From Selaginella moellendorffii (taxonomy: Eukaryota > Plantae > Lycopodiophyta), in NCBI RefSeq assembly GCF_000143415.4, contig NW_003314265.1, forward strand, positions 1,322,446 through 1,386,445: 64,000 bases of DNA. Direction: 5' to 3'. The stretch's first letter is position 1. The number at the start of each line of letters is the position of its first letter. Shown in pieces: positions 1 to 11,763 of the stretch. Both the position numbers and the translations under genes were made by a program. A model generated the notes under the pieces. That model was not told the origin of the DNA, did not search any database, and saw only the letters and a program-made list of their open reading frames with translations.

Positions 1-2133
1 TCTCATACTCCGTGACAAGCTCATGAGCATGTGTAAGATTCCTAAGAGGTTCCCAAGTTGATTCACAAGTCAGGCAACCTTTCCACTTAATTAGATATTC
101 CTTGGAACGACCACCACGAGCTTTGTGGGACAAGAGAATTGCCTTGACCTCATACTCAAGATCACCATTCACAACTTCCGGAGGGGGACAAATGTCCATA
201 GAGCGATCCGCATCAACATGATATGGTGCTAGTAAACTGATATGAAACACATCATGTACATGGGATAACTCATCTAGAATATTCAACTTATAAGATACAT
301 CACCAACTCGCATCAATATCTAATAGGGCTTGACATATCATGGTAACAGCTTCCAAGATAAAGATTCCTTAATGTTTATGTTCCAAGAAGATAACCATAC
401 ATGATCTCTCATTTGATAGGATACATTTTGACGATGTTAATCCTTAATACGTCAATACCTATCCTGAGCTTTGCCCATCGCCTCAATAGCTCTAGACCAA
501 CTTTGGCATAGCTGCTCTACATAAATCTCAAAGGCCCGGACCAACACTTTGGACATTGGTTTCGGTACAACAATCTATTGAGGCACCCCATGAGCATTCC
601 CTTATAGCATCTCCCGCAGAGAATAGCCAATAACGCTGTTAAATGTGTTGTTATAACATATTTCTGTTGTGTCCAAATGTTCAACCCAGTCATGTTGGTC
701 CACTATGACATAGTACTACAGATAATCCTCAACTTGAGCATTCATATGTTTGGTCTGCCCATCAATTTGAGGATGATAAGCCATACTAAACTTCAACTTG
801 GTACCAAACAGCTGGAACAGTGTGCCCCAAAACTTCCCCGTAAACCTTGAATCTCTATTTAAGATCATCTCTTCGAGAAGACTATGAACTCATACTACTT
901 CATGGAAAAAAAGCTTTGCTACTTGCTTCGCATTCATTGTTTCCATAGTTTGAATGAAGTGTGCAATCTTTGACAACTGATCCACAACCACCATCAAAGT
1001 ATTATAACCCTTAGACTTCGGCAAGCAAGTGGCAAAATCAAGTGTCACACTCTAAAATGGCCATGTCAGTGCTGGAATGCACTGCAACTTTCCAGCTTGC
1101 TTTTAGTTCTGCGCTTACATTGCTGGCATATAGAGCAGGAACGAACATAATCCGCTATATCACCTTCCATACCAGACCAAAAAAATCCCTTTTTTCAATG
1201 AAGCAAGAGTCTTTTTTTTTCCATCATGTCCTACTTCCTGAACATAATGATGTTCCTGTAGAAACAACTGCTGCAGATCCTTAGAGGGAAGATACAATCT
1301 TTCTTGCTTATAAAAAATAAGTCTATCCCGAACTGAGAAGTGAAGTTTTATATTGGTATGGCTAGCAACTTTCGTGGCTTCACTACCAAGGTTTTGCTTC
1401 GACAACTCCACATGATGTAAAATTACCTTTGCTAATAGATCACTTCCATATGAAGCCCAAATGTTTTCCAACCAATCCAAACTGATTGCTAATATTGCCT
1501 AGAACTGAGACTGACGACTCAATGCATCTGAAACAATATTGTCTTTATCAGGTTCATATATGATTTCAATATCATATCTAGTAAGCTTCTTTTGCCAATG
1601 AGTCTGTTTCAGCGTAAGTTTTGGCTACATAGCAAAGTAGCTCAGTGTGTTATTATCTGTATAAACTTTGGTATATCCACCCAAATAGTGTCTCTAGTGT
1701 TCCAATGCCGACACTATAGCAAACATCTTTTTCTCGTGTGTTGGCCATTTTCGTTGGGTTTCATCCAATTTCTTGGAATAAAACGCAATAGAACAACCAT
1801 ATTGCCTTAGCGTAACACCAACTGCTTTGTCACAATTTTGCTACAACACGGCACCAATAGTATAGCCAGATGCATCACAATGCACTTCAAAGGGTTTATC
1901 AAGAGCTGGGATCCTGAGAACAGGAATCGTAGTCAGATCTCCTTCAATCATACAAAAGCACGCTAACAAGCTGGTGTCTAATGAAACAGTATATTACATT
2001 TCATTAACTCAGTCAACGAAAGAGCGATTCTTGCAAAATTGCAGACAAACTTGCGATAGTATCCTGCCAAACCGAGAGAGGAACAAACATCTGATACAAT
2101 GGTTGAAACTTCCTAGTGTAAGCTCCTGAGTTT

Positions 2134-2188
2134 GGACTTCCCGGGAGGTCACCCAGCCCAGTACTATTCAAACCCAAGGACGCTTAAC
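2134..2188 (-). ncRNA. 5S rRNA-derived internal promoter domain (A box-IE-C box) in Cassandra 3' LTR; second copy at 2641-2695
   Basis: Minus strand GTTAAGCGTCCTTGGGTTTGAATAGTACTGGGCTGGGTGACCTCCCGGGAAGTCC matches the 3' half of plant 5S rRNA; the 5' half of 5S is absent. Confidence 0.85.
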
Positions 2189-2373
2189 CCCAAGTATCCC
2201 AAGACTCTTAACCGATTGAAAAAGGGGGTGCACTCTTGTTCATGGGCCCTTTCCCTCTATATTTGAACCCCATGGATCGTCTCTCAAGTCGTTCCCTTTG
2301 GTTGCTTACAATTCACCACGCTTCCCTGCAAGTTCACGCCCTCGTGAACGGAAGCTGAGAGCCGCAGCTCTCC

Positions 2374-2587
2374 CGAGAGCCCCGCTCTCTTGACACCCTA
2401 CCCCTCGGGTCGAGCCCAGCGGGAGCAAATTGGACCAGCCAGATGTCAATCAACATGTGGTGCGATTCCATTTAGCCAACCGAGAGCCCCGCTCTCTTGA
2501 CACCCTACCCCTCGGGTCGAGCCCAGCGGGAGCAAATTGGACCAGCCAGATGTCAATCAACATGTGGTGCGATTCCCTTTAGCCAAC
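2374..2587. repeat. 107-bp tandem duplication inside the TRIM interior
   Basis: CGAGAGCCCCGCTCTC...TTAGCCAAC at 2374-2480 and 2481-2587, about one mismatch. Confidence 0.9.
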
Positions 2588-2956
2588 CAACAGAGTCGGA
2601 CCCGAGACCGCTCTGATACCAAATGTAAGCTCCTGAGTTTGGACTTCCCGGGAGGTCACCCAACCCAGTACTATTCAAACCCAAGGACGCTTAACCCCAA
2701 GTATCCCAAGACCCTTAACCGATTGGAAAAGGGGGTGCACTCTTGTTCATGGGCCCTTTCCTTCTATGTTTGAACCCCATGGATCGTCTCTCAAGTCGTT
2801 CCCTTTGGTTGCTTACACTTAGGACTTCACCGCTTCCACCTTCTTTAGATCTACCTCAATTACACCACCACTAATTACATGTCCAAGAAAGTTCACGTGC
2901 AATTGTCCAAAAGCATATTTACTTTCTTTAGCATATAGTTTGTGCTTCCGCAATTT

Positions 2957-3445
2957 CTAAAACACCAGCTCCAAGTGTTTCAAATGATCCTCCAACGTTT
3001 CACTAAAGATTAGAACATCATCGATATATAGGACAACAAATGTGTCCAAATAATCTCTAAATATTCTATCCATCATTGTGTTGAATGTTGTTGGAGCATT
3101 GCATAACCTAAATAGCATGACAAGGAACTCATAAGATCCGTACTGAGACTTAAAGGCTGTCTTCTCCATATCCTGATCCACCACCCGTATCTGATGATAC
3201 CCGGACTGCAAATCAAGTCACGTAAAATACTTAACCTTTAAGAGTTGGTCAAATAAGTCATCAATGCAAGGCAAAGGATAACTATTTTTGACCGTGATCT
3301 TGTTGAGTGCCCAATAATCAATACACATCCTCATAGTTCCATCCTTTTTCATAACAAAAAGGACCGGTGCTCCATAATGTGACTTGTTTGGTTGGATATA
3401 ACTTTTGTTAAGAAGCTCCATGAGTTGTTTCTTGAGTTTAGCCAT
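2957..3445 (-). pseudogene. Gypsy reverse transcriptase remnant
   Basis: ORF fragments with [42 protein letters not shown]. Confidence 0.9.
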
Positions 3446-4606
3446 TTCCTTGATGGAGTTTTTGTAAGTGGTTTAGAACCCAAAATAACCTCAATTCGAT
3501 GATTAACTTCATAGCTAAGAGGTAGCTCTGGTAGCAAATCCTTCAGGAAGATATCCTGATTCTACGCTAACAACTCTATTATCTTCTTTGGTATAGGATC
3601 AACCCTGTCATCGATTCGAATTAAGTCACCAACACCCTCAGCTTCCATTACTTGAACCCAAAAGGTCTGACATCCCTTCTTAGCTGCTTTTTGAGTGGCT
3701 CTTGTAGTCAGGAACTTAGCATCTTAATCCTTTGAGGAGTGTTTTTGCAACTGGAGGGACACATCAAGATGTCCTTCTGACTTCAATGTGATATGACTTT
3801 GTCTAGCACCATAAATCCCTTTAATATATTTGTTGAAGAAATCCATATCAAACACCATATGAAAGTCTGGTATCTTCAACACTACCAAGTCCACTCTTTC
3901 TTTCCACTTATATAATTTTATTGGAACATCACTCACAAATTTTTTGGCTACTTGCCCCCATTCTGCAAATTGGAAGTATATGGGCAACATTCAATCTTAA
4001 CAACTTAACTAAGTCTTCAGCTATCACACTCTGTGTAGCTCTTATGTTAATCATCACTCAGATTCGGTGTCCGCAGACAAAGCCTACCAAATGCATCAAC
4101 AAATCAGTGTTTGCATTAACTATGAGAAGAGCTTGAAGAAAGCAACAAAATTAACTCACCTCCTCTTTCTCATAGTCTGTATTGACAAACTTATCAACCC
4201 CTTCAATTTCACCACCACCATTTTCCCTCATGACATTAATACAAGACTTTGTCTTATCCTTGTTGGGACATTCTAAGGACCTATGTCCTGACTCTCCACA
4301 ATGGAAGCAATGACCCACAATACCCATTCTGCTAGAAGCAAGTTTTGTAAATTGCTACTGCTTGTACCCACCAGGAGGAGGAACAGAGAGCCTAGGACCA
4401 GAAGAAACTATTGGTAGTCTCCAACCACCACCACCTTTGTTAACCGTTGCTTGTGAGCCTCTAAGCTAGAACATTCCTTCCACCCTTTATTTCCGATCAC
4501 CTTGTTTATTCCCAGAATTCTTATTTGTCCGAGGTACCAGCATATGGCTGCTGATATTGTTCCATAAGCAAGTGACTAAAGGCAACTTGCTGCACTTCCA
4601 AGTATG

Positions 4607-6423
4607 TGTGAGACACAAAATCCCTAGGCCCCAAAGTGGAGCCGAAAGGGTGCCATGTGGTAGTGGCTGAAGCGAAAGCCAAACGAGTATAACACGTTTG
4701 GACTAAAAGCTCCGACTTGAAAATGTCGAGAGTGGGAGTGGAACTCCCAACGAAGTGCTCGAGGAATGAGCACGAAGCGAGCAATAAGCGAGGCTCCAAA
4801 AAGGGACCCAAAAGGACCAACACATGACACGTGGAAGTGTCCGAGATGGACCCGAGATGGACCCGAGATGGACCTAAGCTGGAGTCTGAAGTGGAGTCCG
4901 AGAAGGACCCCGAGATGGAGTCTGAGGTGGAGTCCAAGGTGGACATGAGATGGATCCGAGATTGAGTCCGAGACGGACCCAAGATGGAGTCCGAGATGGA
5001 CCCGAGATGGAGTCCAAGATGGACCCGAGATGGAGTCCGAGATGGACCCGAGGTGGAGTCCGAGATGGACCCGAGATGGAGTCCGAGATGGAGTCTGAAA
5101 TGGAGTCCGAGATGGAGTCTGAAATGGAGTCCGAGATGGACCCGAGATGGAGTCCAAAGTCGAGACCGAGACCGGGACCGAGACCGGGACCGAGACCGGG
5201 ACCGAGACCGGGACCGACACCGGGACCGAGACCGGGACCGAGATCGGGACCGAGACCGGGACCGAGACCGGGACCGACACCGGGACCGAGACCGGGACCG
5301 AGACCGAGACCAAGATCGGGACCGAGACCAAGACCGAGACCGAGCCCGAGCCCGAGCCCGAGCCCGAGTCTGAGTCCGAGTCCGAGTCCGAGTCCGAGTC
5401 CGAGTCCGAGTCCGAGTCCGAGTCCGAGTTCGAGTCTGAGAGGGTGAAAGCCCAAAGCGTTCGTCTCCCAGACCCTGGGGGGTTTGGTGAGCTCCAAAAG
5501 TATAGTAAGGGGGAGGACTGTAGTGGAGCCAGTTTGGCCAGGAAAGGCTAGTTTGGCCCAGGAAGGCTGGACCCAGTGTTGGGTGATGAGCTGCCCATTG
5601 TGAAGTCCAAGACTAGAGCGAACACGGACCGACAAGCGGGGTAGCTTGGTGAAGTGTTCAAGAGCCAGCTCTAGTTCCCCCGGGAGATCAACTGGCCGAT
5701 GCTCCCAGTCCAAGTGTGGGTGGCACTACCTACTTGGATACCTAGTGTGGCTCAATGGAACCTTGCTCTAAGCCCATGGCTAGAGCACCAAAAGGCGAGA
5801 GGTGGGGAGAGTACCCATGAGGCTTGCGTAAGGCCACAGTGTTCCGAAATGTTGGCCCAAAGTCCCAGATTCTGGAAAGGAAAAGGAGTAGCCCTCTAGT
5901 GTGGTGACAAGGGACACAGTCACATAGTAAGGAAGTCCTAGAGGACAGTTGGACTTAGTGGTCGGGCTTGTGGGCCTTGATCCAGTGGCAGTGTTAGTGA
6001 ACACGGCCATGGACAAGAAGGGACTTGGCAGGGATTGGAAAGGAGACATTGGGGAAGGCTATTCCCCATGTCTGCAGGCATCCTGAGGATGCTATAGAGT
6101 GGATCTGGGATAGCCACTCATGGATGGATGGCCTAATCTTTGAGAGACAGGATTGTAATGTAGGTGGTGTTGGACCACCGATGTGACCAAGGTGAATGGG
6201 CATGGCCTAGCGTAACAGGCTGGTATGTCAGTGGTACCTTGGGGTGTCGGTCATGGGATCGGACACGTGGAGCACTTGGGCCAAGTGCAAAAGTTGAGTG
6301 GCATGGATGCCATTCGCGGGGCTAGCATGAATGGGACTTATGGAGGTTGTGAATGAGACTCCTCCAAGTGGTCGGAGGTACGGTTAAGTGACTAAAGTAG
6401 AATGGAAAAATTAGTCGCTTACA
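4607..6423. mobile_element. Solo LTR (~1.8 kb) inserted in gag of the chromovirus
   Basis: TG...CA termini (TGTGAGAC...GCTTACA) flanked by perfect 5-bp TSD GTATG (4602-4606, 6424-6428); GC-rich relative to the host; no coding domains. Confidence 0.85.
4841..5438. repeat. Compound minisatellite array within the solo LTR
   Basis: Graded units CCGAGATGGAC/CCGAGATGGAGT (11-12 bp), then GACCGAGACCGG (12 bp), then GAGCCC/GAGTCC (6 bp). Confidence 0.9.
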
Positions 6424-7352
6424 GTATGTCTTCAGCTTAAACTTCAAAAAGTGAACTTAAACCCTTCATAAAATAATTCCGAGAATCTTTGTCACTCATA
6501 TTGGCAATCATAATGCACTTCTGAGCAAACGTATTAACATAATGCATAAGGTCCCTTCGCTGCTTTATCTGCCAGAACTCTGTGCGAAGTCTCAGGCCAA
6601 GATCATCCGGTAAGTATTCCTTATGGATACAAGACTACATCTTGGTCCAACTTCTAGTCTGCTCTTTTTCAGTACATACCTGGTGCCACCAAGTTTTGGC
6701 ATGATCAATGAGCAAAGACTGCATGTATGCAACTTTCGTATGATCATCTATGTCTGCCACTAGGAAATAGTTTTCCATATCGTAGGCCCAGTTTTTTAAA
6801 ACCTGAAAGTCTCGCATGCCTTTAAAATTAGGTGGTTTCGGAGGCTTAAACTTTGAAATTCGTGCAACTGGAGGCAGTTGCAGAACTTCATCGTCCTCAG
6901 AACTTGAAGAGGAGTCCAATTACTTAGGTTTAGCTAGTTTAGCTACCTTAGCTTTTTTCTTCTTTTTCTTGTTCTCCTTCTTCAATTTGCAAAGTTCCCT
7001 TTGCAAATTCTTGATCTTGACTTTCTAAGCCATATGCTGCAATGTTGCATCATCTGGCTCTTCCTCTTTTGACTCAGCCTCAACCTCTTCCACAACATTT
7101 TTGGTAGGAGTTTCCTCCTCTTGATTCTCCCGTCTAGAGGTTTTAGCTTCATCAGCACAGTTCCTTTTCACCATCTTGCTAGCTACATACATGCCTTTAT
7201 TAGTAACTGAACATGCATACAACATTCTTACCGAATGGTGCAATCCAACTAATCCTACATAGGTCACTTCGAATTTACTAAAAAAGTCTTTGTGTATGCA
7301 ACTTAAGTCAGAAAATCCAACAAAAGTTAGATAGGAATCACTAAGACAATTC

Positions 7353-7363
7353 CTCTGATACCA
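7353..7363 (-). promoter_or_regulatory. Primer binding site (initiator Met-tRNA) of the chromovirus
   Basis: TGGTATCAGAG on minus strand, 2 nt from LTR end ...CTACA. Confidence 0.85.
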
Positions 7364-7365
7364 AA

Positions 7366-8463
7366 TGTAGCACACATGAATTTGGAACTGAACTCCAAGC
7401 CCGTTACGCTACAAAATGAGGGTCTGATATAATTCCATGAGCACCAACTCCCTATATCTAGCACTTGTTTGCAAATGGTGTCAAACAATGTCTAACACAA
7501 TTTTGGCATATCGGTGGCGTAACGCAAGGAGGAGGGTACTCTACTGACTAGAGCAGCATGGAGCTTGGGCTTAGACTTAAGCTGAACGCAGAACAAGGAG
7601 CAACACAACCCAGTGGGAGCCAGACTAATATCTCAGATAGTCGAACATACATTCCAACCACTATCCCTACTATACATTTAGAATCGGGTATCGACCCCCC
7701 CCCCCCCCCCCCCCAAGGAACACATGTTCTGGGCTTTCACCCCAAGCCTCCTTTAGTATCAGGAATTAGTCTCTAGAACAAGCTTAAAACTTACTAAATA
7801 TGGAATATTCCTAGATTGTGAATTTGCATGGGACGAATACCATTGTGTTCAAGCCAATTTCTACATTCCATAGATATGCCAAATTAGCAAATCTAGACAC
7901 TTTCCATAATTAGTCAATAGAACAAAATGAGACCAATACAAAGGGCATAATAGCGAGGGTGTTTGGCAGACACGATAAGCTATTATCTAGCAAATGTTGA
8001 GGGACCAATCTCAATATTGTAGGGGTTCTTGATATTAGCAAATGCAAGTCAATAACATGAGTTTCTCAAACTAGGCCGAGTATGCTCCGTAAGAAACACA
8101 TATGGTTTCTACCTTATGTTTATCCGATTTAAGTGTAAGGTCATTGACCAATTTCTCAGAGTTCACCCAACCTAATATTATTCATTCCCTTTGGTTGCTT
8201 ATAACAAGTGGTTACGCTCAAACCATTATACCATTGCAATGCCGTCCTTTAGAGATATGTGGGAAACTCATGTAGACCCTAAGCATCATCCCAAGAATGT
8301 TAAATGGCAATCACCATAAAGTGATCAAACTAATAGTACATATTATCCCTAAGATTCTTGTAGAAGAGCTTTGACTGGAAGCAAGGATTGGTAGTAAGAG
8401 TATAAGGAGTTATACCATATGTTGTGAATGTGGTTATCAATTGAGTTTGATTGTTCAACTACA
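7366..8463 (-). repeat. Probable 5' LTR of the chromovirus (outer boundary tentative)
   Basis: Starts TGTAG next to the PBS; the inverted CTACA at 8459-8463 is a candidate outer end; partner LTR is outside the window. Confidence 0.5.
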
Positions 8464-10038
8464 ACTATACAACATTAAACAATTGCACCAATTGGTGCTC
8501 TAATGTTAAAGGAGGAAGATGCTATTACTTTGCCATAAAGATGAATGAAAAAGAGACAAACAAAAGAGAAGAAACTAAAAAAGCTATAAGAAAAGTGAAA
8601 TCTAGATAATGCAAAAGCTATATCTAAACCAAAACCCTAAATTCAAGCACTTCTTAGGGACAATCAAAGTTGCCTCTCATTTCCACTAATGTGAATGTAT
8701 GAAATATAAAAATATGTATATATAAGTTTACAGCATTGTAGTTGTAGACTTCAACCTCACAATATTAATATGTAAGCCACTATATCTTTAGTTATTCCAA
8801 ATATTCATGCAAAGTATAATTTAATAAAAGACATCTATATTTTTTATTTCTTATATTATGAGCTTTGTGTAATTTATGCTTTTTACTTATTATCCTTATA
8901 GTGGGATTTTGATAGCCATTAGATTAGTTTCAATCTAGACCATTTGCTCTTGTATATAAACTAGGATTTGTGGACTAATTAATATGTAAATTTTTATATT
9001 TCATTTCCATATTCCATGCACTCATTTTGATGGAGGTGAAAAGGACATTTTGTTAGTGCTATTGTAATGGAAAGTTTTAACATAAAGATTCTTTAAGGAA
9101 ATAAGGAATCATGCAAGTAATAAAGGGTTTTTATGTGAACAAATCAATAACCCTTCTATCCTTCTTTTGAGAGTATTACTCAACATTAATTCATCAAGTA
9201 TTTAATTTTCAAGTTTGTTTTTATAACAAGAGGTCTTCTATTATTCTCTTTATGTTAGTTGATAAAAGTTTGAATTTATCTTCTATTGCTCATCCTATTG
9301 CCATATATTGTTGTTTATAGTTATGTCATGTAGTAGAATAAATTTTCATTTTTTATGGTAACAATTATACATATGCATGTGCATGGGATGAGATAAACTT
9401 AGCTATGCATGTGGGAGATTTTGAGTTTAAACTTCAATTGTTACAGGTGATGTTAAGTCAAGCTTTTGATTTTATTATTGGTATAAATTGATTGTAACAC
9501 AATCATGGCAAATGTGACTTTGAGGCTCTCCTCTTTGTCTCATACTTCCTCACATTTCTTCCATTCTTCTCACTTTCATTCCCTTTTGTTCTTCTGCTTT
9601 TATCACTTTTGCCTCTCCATTATTTCTTATTATATTTCAATTTTACTCTTTTATTCCCTCTCTAGATCCCTTCAATGGTTCTTATGTTGCAACGGTATAT
9701 TGATCTTTTTGATTTTAACTTATTGTTTTGGGCTAAGATTGCAACACATCATTCTATTCCAACGTAGGATGTTCATCCAATCAAAGTTATTATTTAGCAT
9801 CAGTCACTAAAGGAAATCAAAATTTTACACACACATATCAAAGAGATATTAAAAATAGGTGTTATCAAAAAGTCTCAAAATCCTTAAACATGTGAATATC
9901 ATCTTATGATGGGAGTGTTTGCTTTTGTATTGACTAAATTCAATGTTAACTCTATGTTTAAACTCATAAATTATAAGACTTTTTTCTTCATCCCACATCA
10001 AAGTTAGAGGTTGAAATTACTAGAGCAAGAAATTTAGG

Positions 10039-10138
<100 letters not shown>

Positions 10139-10903
10139 TACCAACATATAATAATCAAATAACAATAATACAATAATAAATCATTGGTTTTCCATTAAGA
10201 TAAAAAAATTGTAGTTATATATGTCAATGTCAAAATATAATATGGTGGTAGCTAAAATAAAGGATTGTAAGAATTCAACTCTTCTCAAAAGAAATATCAT
10301 GCATCATAATGCCTTTGGCTCGTGAAGGTAAAAGGATTAAAATCTAAGCCTTAAGGAGCTTGGGGTTAAGTTGCCAATAAGATGCTGCTAGTATTATGCC
10401 TAAAGTTGGATGTTTTGACTGCTTTAATAGGCAACAACTAATTTTTACAGCCTTGAGTGGGTAATTTGACCAGCAATTTGAGATACCTTCACTTATAGTC
10501 AATGCATAGAGTGTAGAAAGTTGAATGTTCAACTATTGGAACTGCATAGAGCAAGTAGGACTTGAGCAAGCATTTGGTTGTGCTTCCAGATTTGAGTAAT
10601 TTATTTAACTCTTATATTCTTAACATTCCATATTTAAAGCTATGTAGTTTAAACCTTAGGAGATGTTTTCTATTGTTCATCTCTCTCACCTCTGGTTCGA
10701 TACTCTCCCTCCAATTCTTCACTAGAATCACTATAACAATATCTCTTTCTACAACAGCACCAACTCGGGAGGCGAGTGTGGTGTTGTTTCATCAACCGTG
10801 TTCAACATGCCCGTGCAAAACAGGGACAAATTCTGGTTTGTAGTTCTAAAGTCGAGAGAAAGCTAGCTGATTCACAGTTTTGTTGTTTTTTTTTCCTTGC
10901 AAG

Positions 10904-11537
10904 GTATAAAACCGACTATGGTCTCTTCCGCTTCTGCATCGCCGACTCGGAGCACGACGGCACGGAGCAGTACGAGTTCCTCGAGAATTGCTTCTGGAGC
11001 GCGGACAGGCAGAAGCAGCCGTGGCTGGTATTCATCTCTCACCGCGTCCTCGGCTACTCGTCCTGCTACGCTCCCGAGAACACCACCGGCGAGCCATTCG
11101 GCAGGGACAGCTTGGTGGCAAAAGTACAAGGTGGACCTCGCCTTCTACGGCCACATCCACAACTACGAGCGCACCTATCCAGTCTATAACGTGAGTGCTT
11201 TTGTTTTTGCCCATAGCTGGATCTTCTCTCATACTTTCGTGCAGCAAGTCCCTGCCAGTGACGAGAAAGATTTCTACTCAGGGACTTTCAACGGGACGAT
11301 TCACGTAGTTGCGGGAGGCGGTGGGTTTTGGCTGAGCCAGTTCCCGGAGAGCAAGCCATCGTGGAGCTTGAATCAGGACTGCGACTTTGGGTACACCAAG
11401 CTCACCTCGTTCAATCGCTCGTCGCTGCTGTTCGAGTACAAGAAGAGCCGCGATGGCGAAGTCTATGCATAACCAGTTTTGGATCCACAGGGAGTACAAG
11501 GCCCCTGGTTACCTCCGCCGAGAACTATCCAGCATAG
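10904..11537 (+). pseudogene. Purple acid phosphatase (nucleotide pyrophosphatase-type PAP) 3' fragment
   Basis: DYGLFRFCIADSEHD, DRQKQPWLVFISHRVLGYSS, WQKYKVDLAFYGHIHNYERT, GTIHVVAGGGG. Frameshift near 11110-11118, premature stop near 11470, 5' exons missing. Confidence 0.85.
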
Positions 11538-11763
11538 CGATCACGATCATCCAGTGACCATCTTCACGATCTTCCTGACTGCCAAAAATAAATATTCTTT
11601 TTGAAACTGCCCAGGTGAAATAGCATAGATAGCCCGGAAAAAAAGCGAAGGGCGATGAATCTTGTTTTCTTTAATGCCAGAACATCAAACAAGGATTGTT
11701 CCAAATCGATCCGCTGAGGAGGAGAAGCTCACGTCTCCCTCGGCCGTGACCTAGAAGCGCCTC

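Larger units (their letters stand above)
2117..2817 (-). mobile_element. Cassandra-type TRIM (non-autonomous LTR retrotransposon with 5S rRNA-like LTR domain)
   Basis: Two 194-bp LTRs (2117-2310, 2624-2817) with TGTAAGC...GCTTACA termini, Met-tRNA PBS TGGTATCAGAGC (2610-2621, minus), purine-rich PPT-like tract (2311-2327, minus), TSD CCTAG/CTTAG, non-coding 313-bp interior, 5S-like segment in each LTR. Confidence 0.93.
1..7365 (-). mobile_element. Degenerate Ty3/gypsy chromovirus internal region (gag-PR-RT-RH-IN-chromodomain), 3' end outside window, with two nested insertions
   Basis: Minus-strand fragments in gypsy order: gag (KPPKPPNFKG...AKTWW, 6635-6919), CCHC knuckle CFHCGESGHRSLECP (~4264-4310), degenerate protease site (~4040), RT ([20 protein letters not shown]; YIDDVLIFS, 2957-3445), RNase H (FEVHCDASGY, ~1860-1890), integrase (GHDGKKKT; VHDVFHISLL) and chromodomain (EYEVKAIL...EYLIKWKG...TWEPLRNL, 1-190). 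Many stops and frameshifts. Confidence 0.93.

Noticed and set aside
2134-2695. Functional 5S rRNA genes
   Set aside because: Only about 55 nt of the 3' half, embedded in LTRs
4841-5438. CRISPR-like array
   Set aside because: No unique spacers; eukaryotic tandem repeat
4521-5713. Long low-complexity ORFs (poly-RD, GL, SP, ET, VPVS)
   Set aside because: Translations of the minisatellite inside the solo LTR; open in most frames only because the units lack stops
7695-7714. C20 tract as a G-quadruplex element
   Set aside because: Simple homopolymer in an LTR; no support for function
10260-10770. Possible LINE 3' fragment
   Set aside because: Too degenerate; no diagnostic motif
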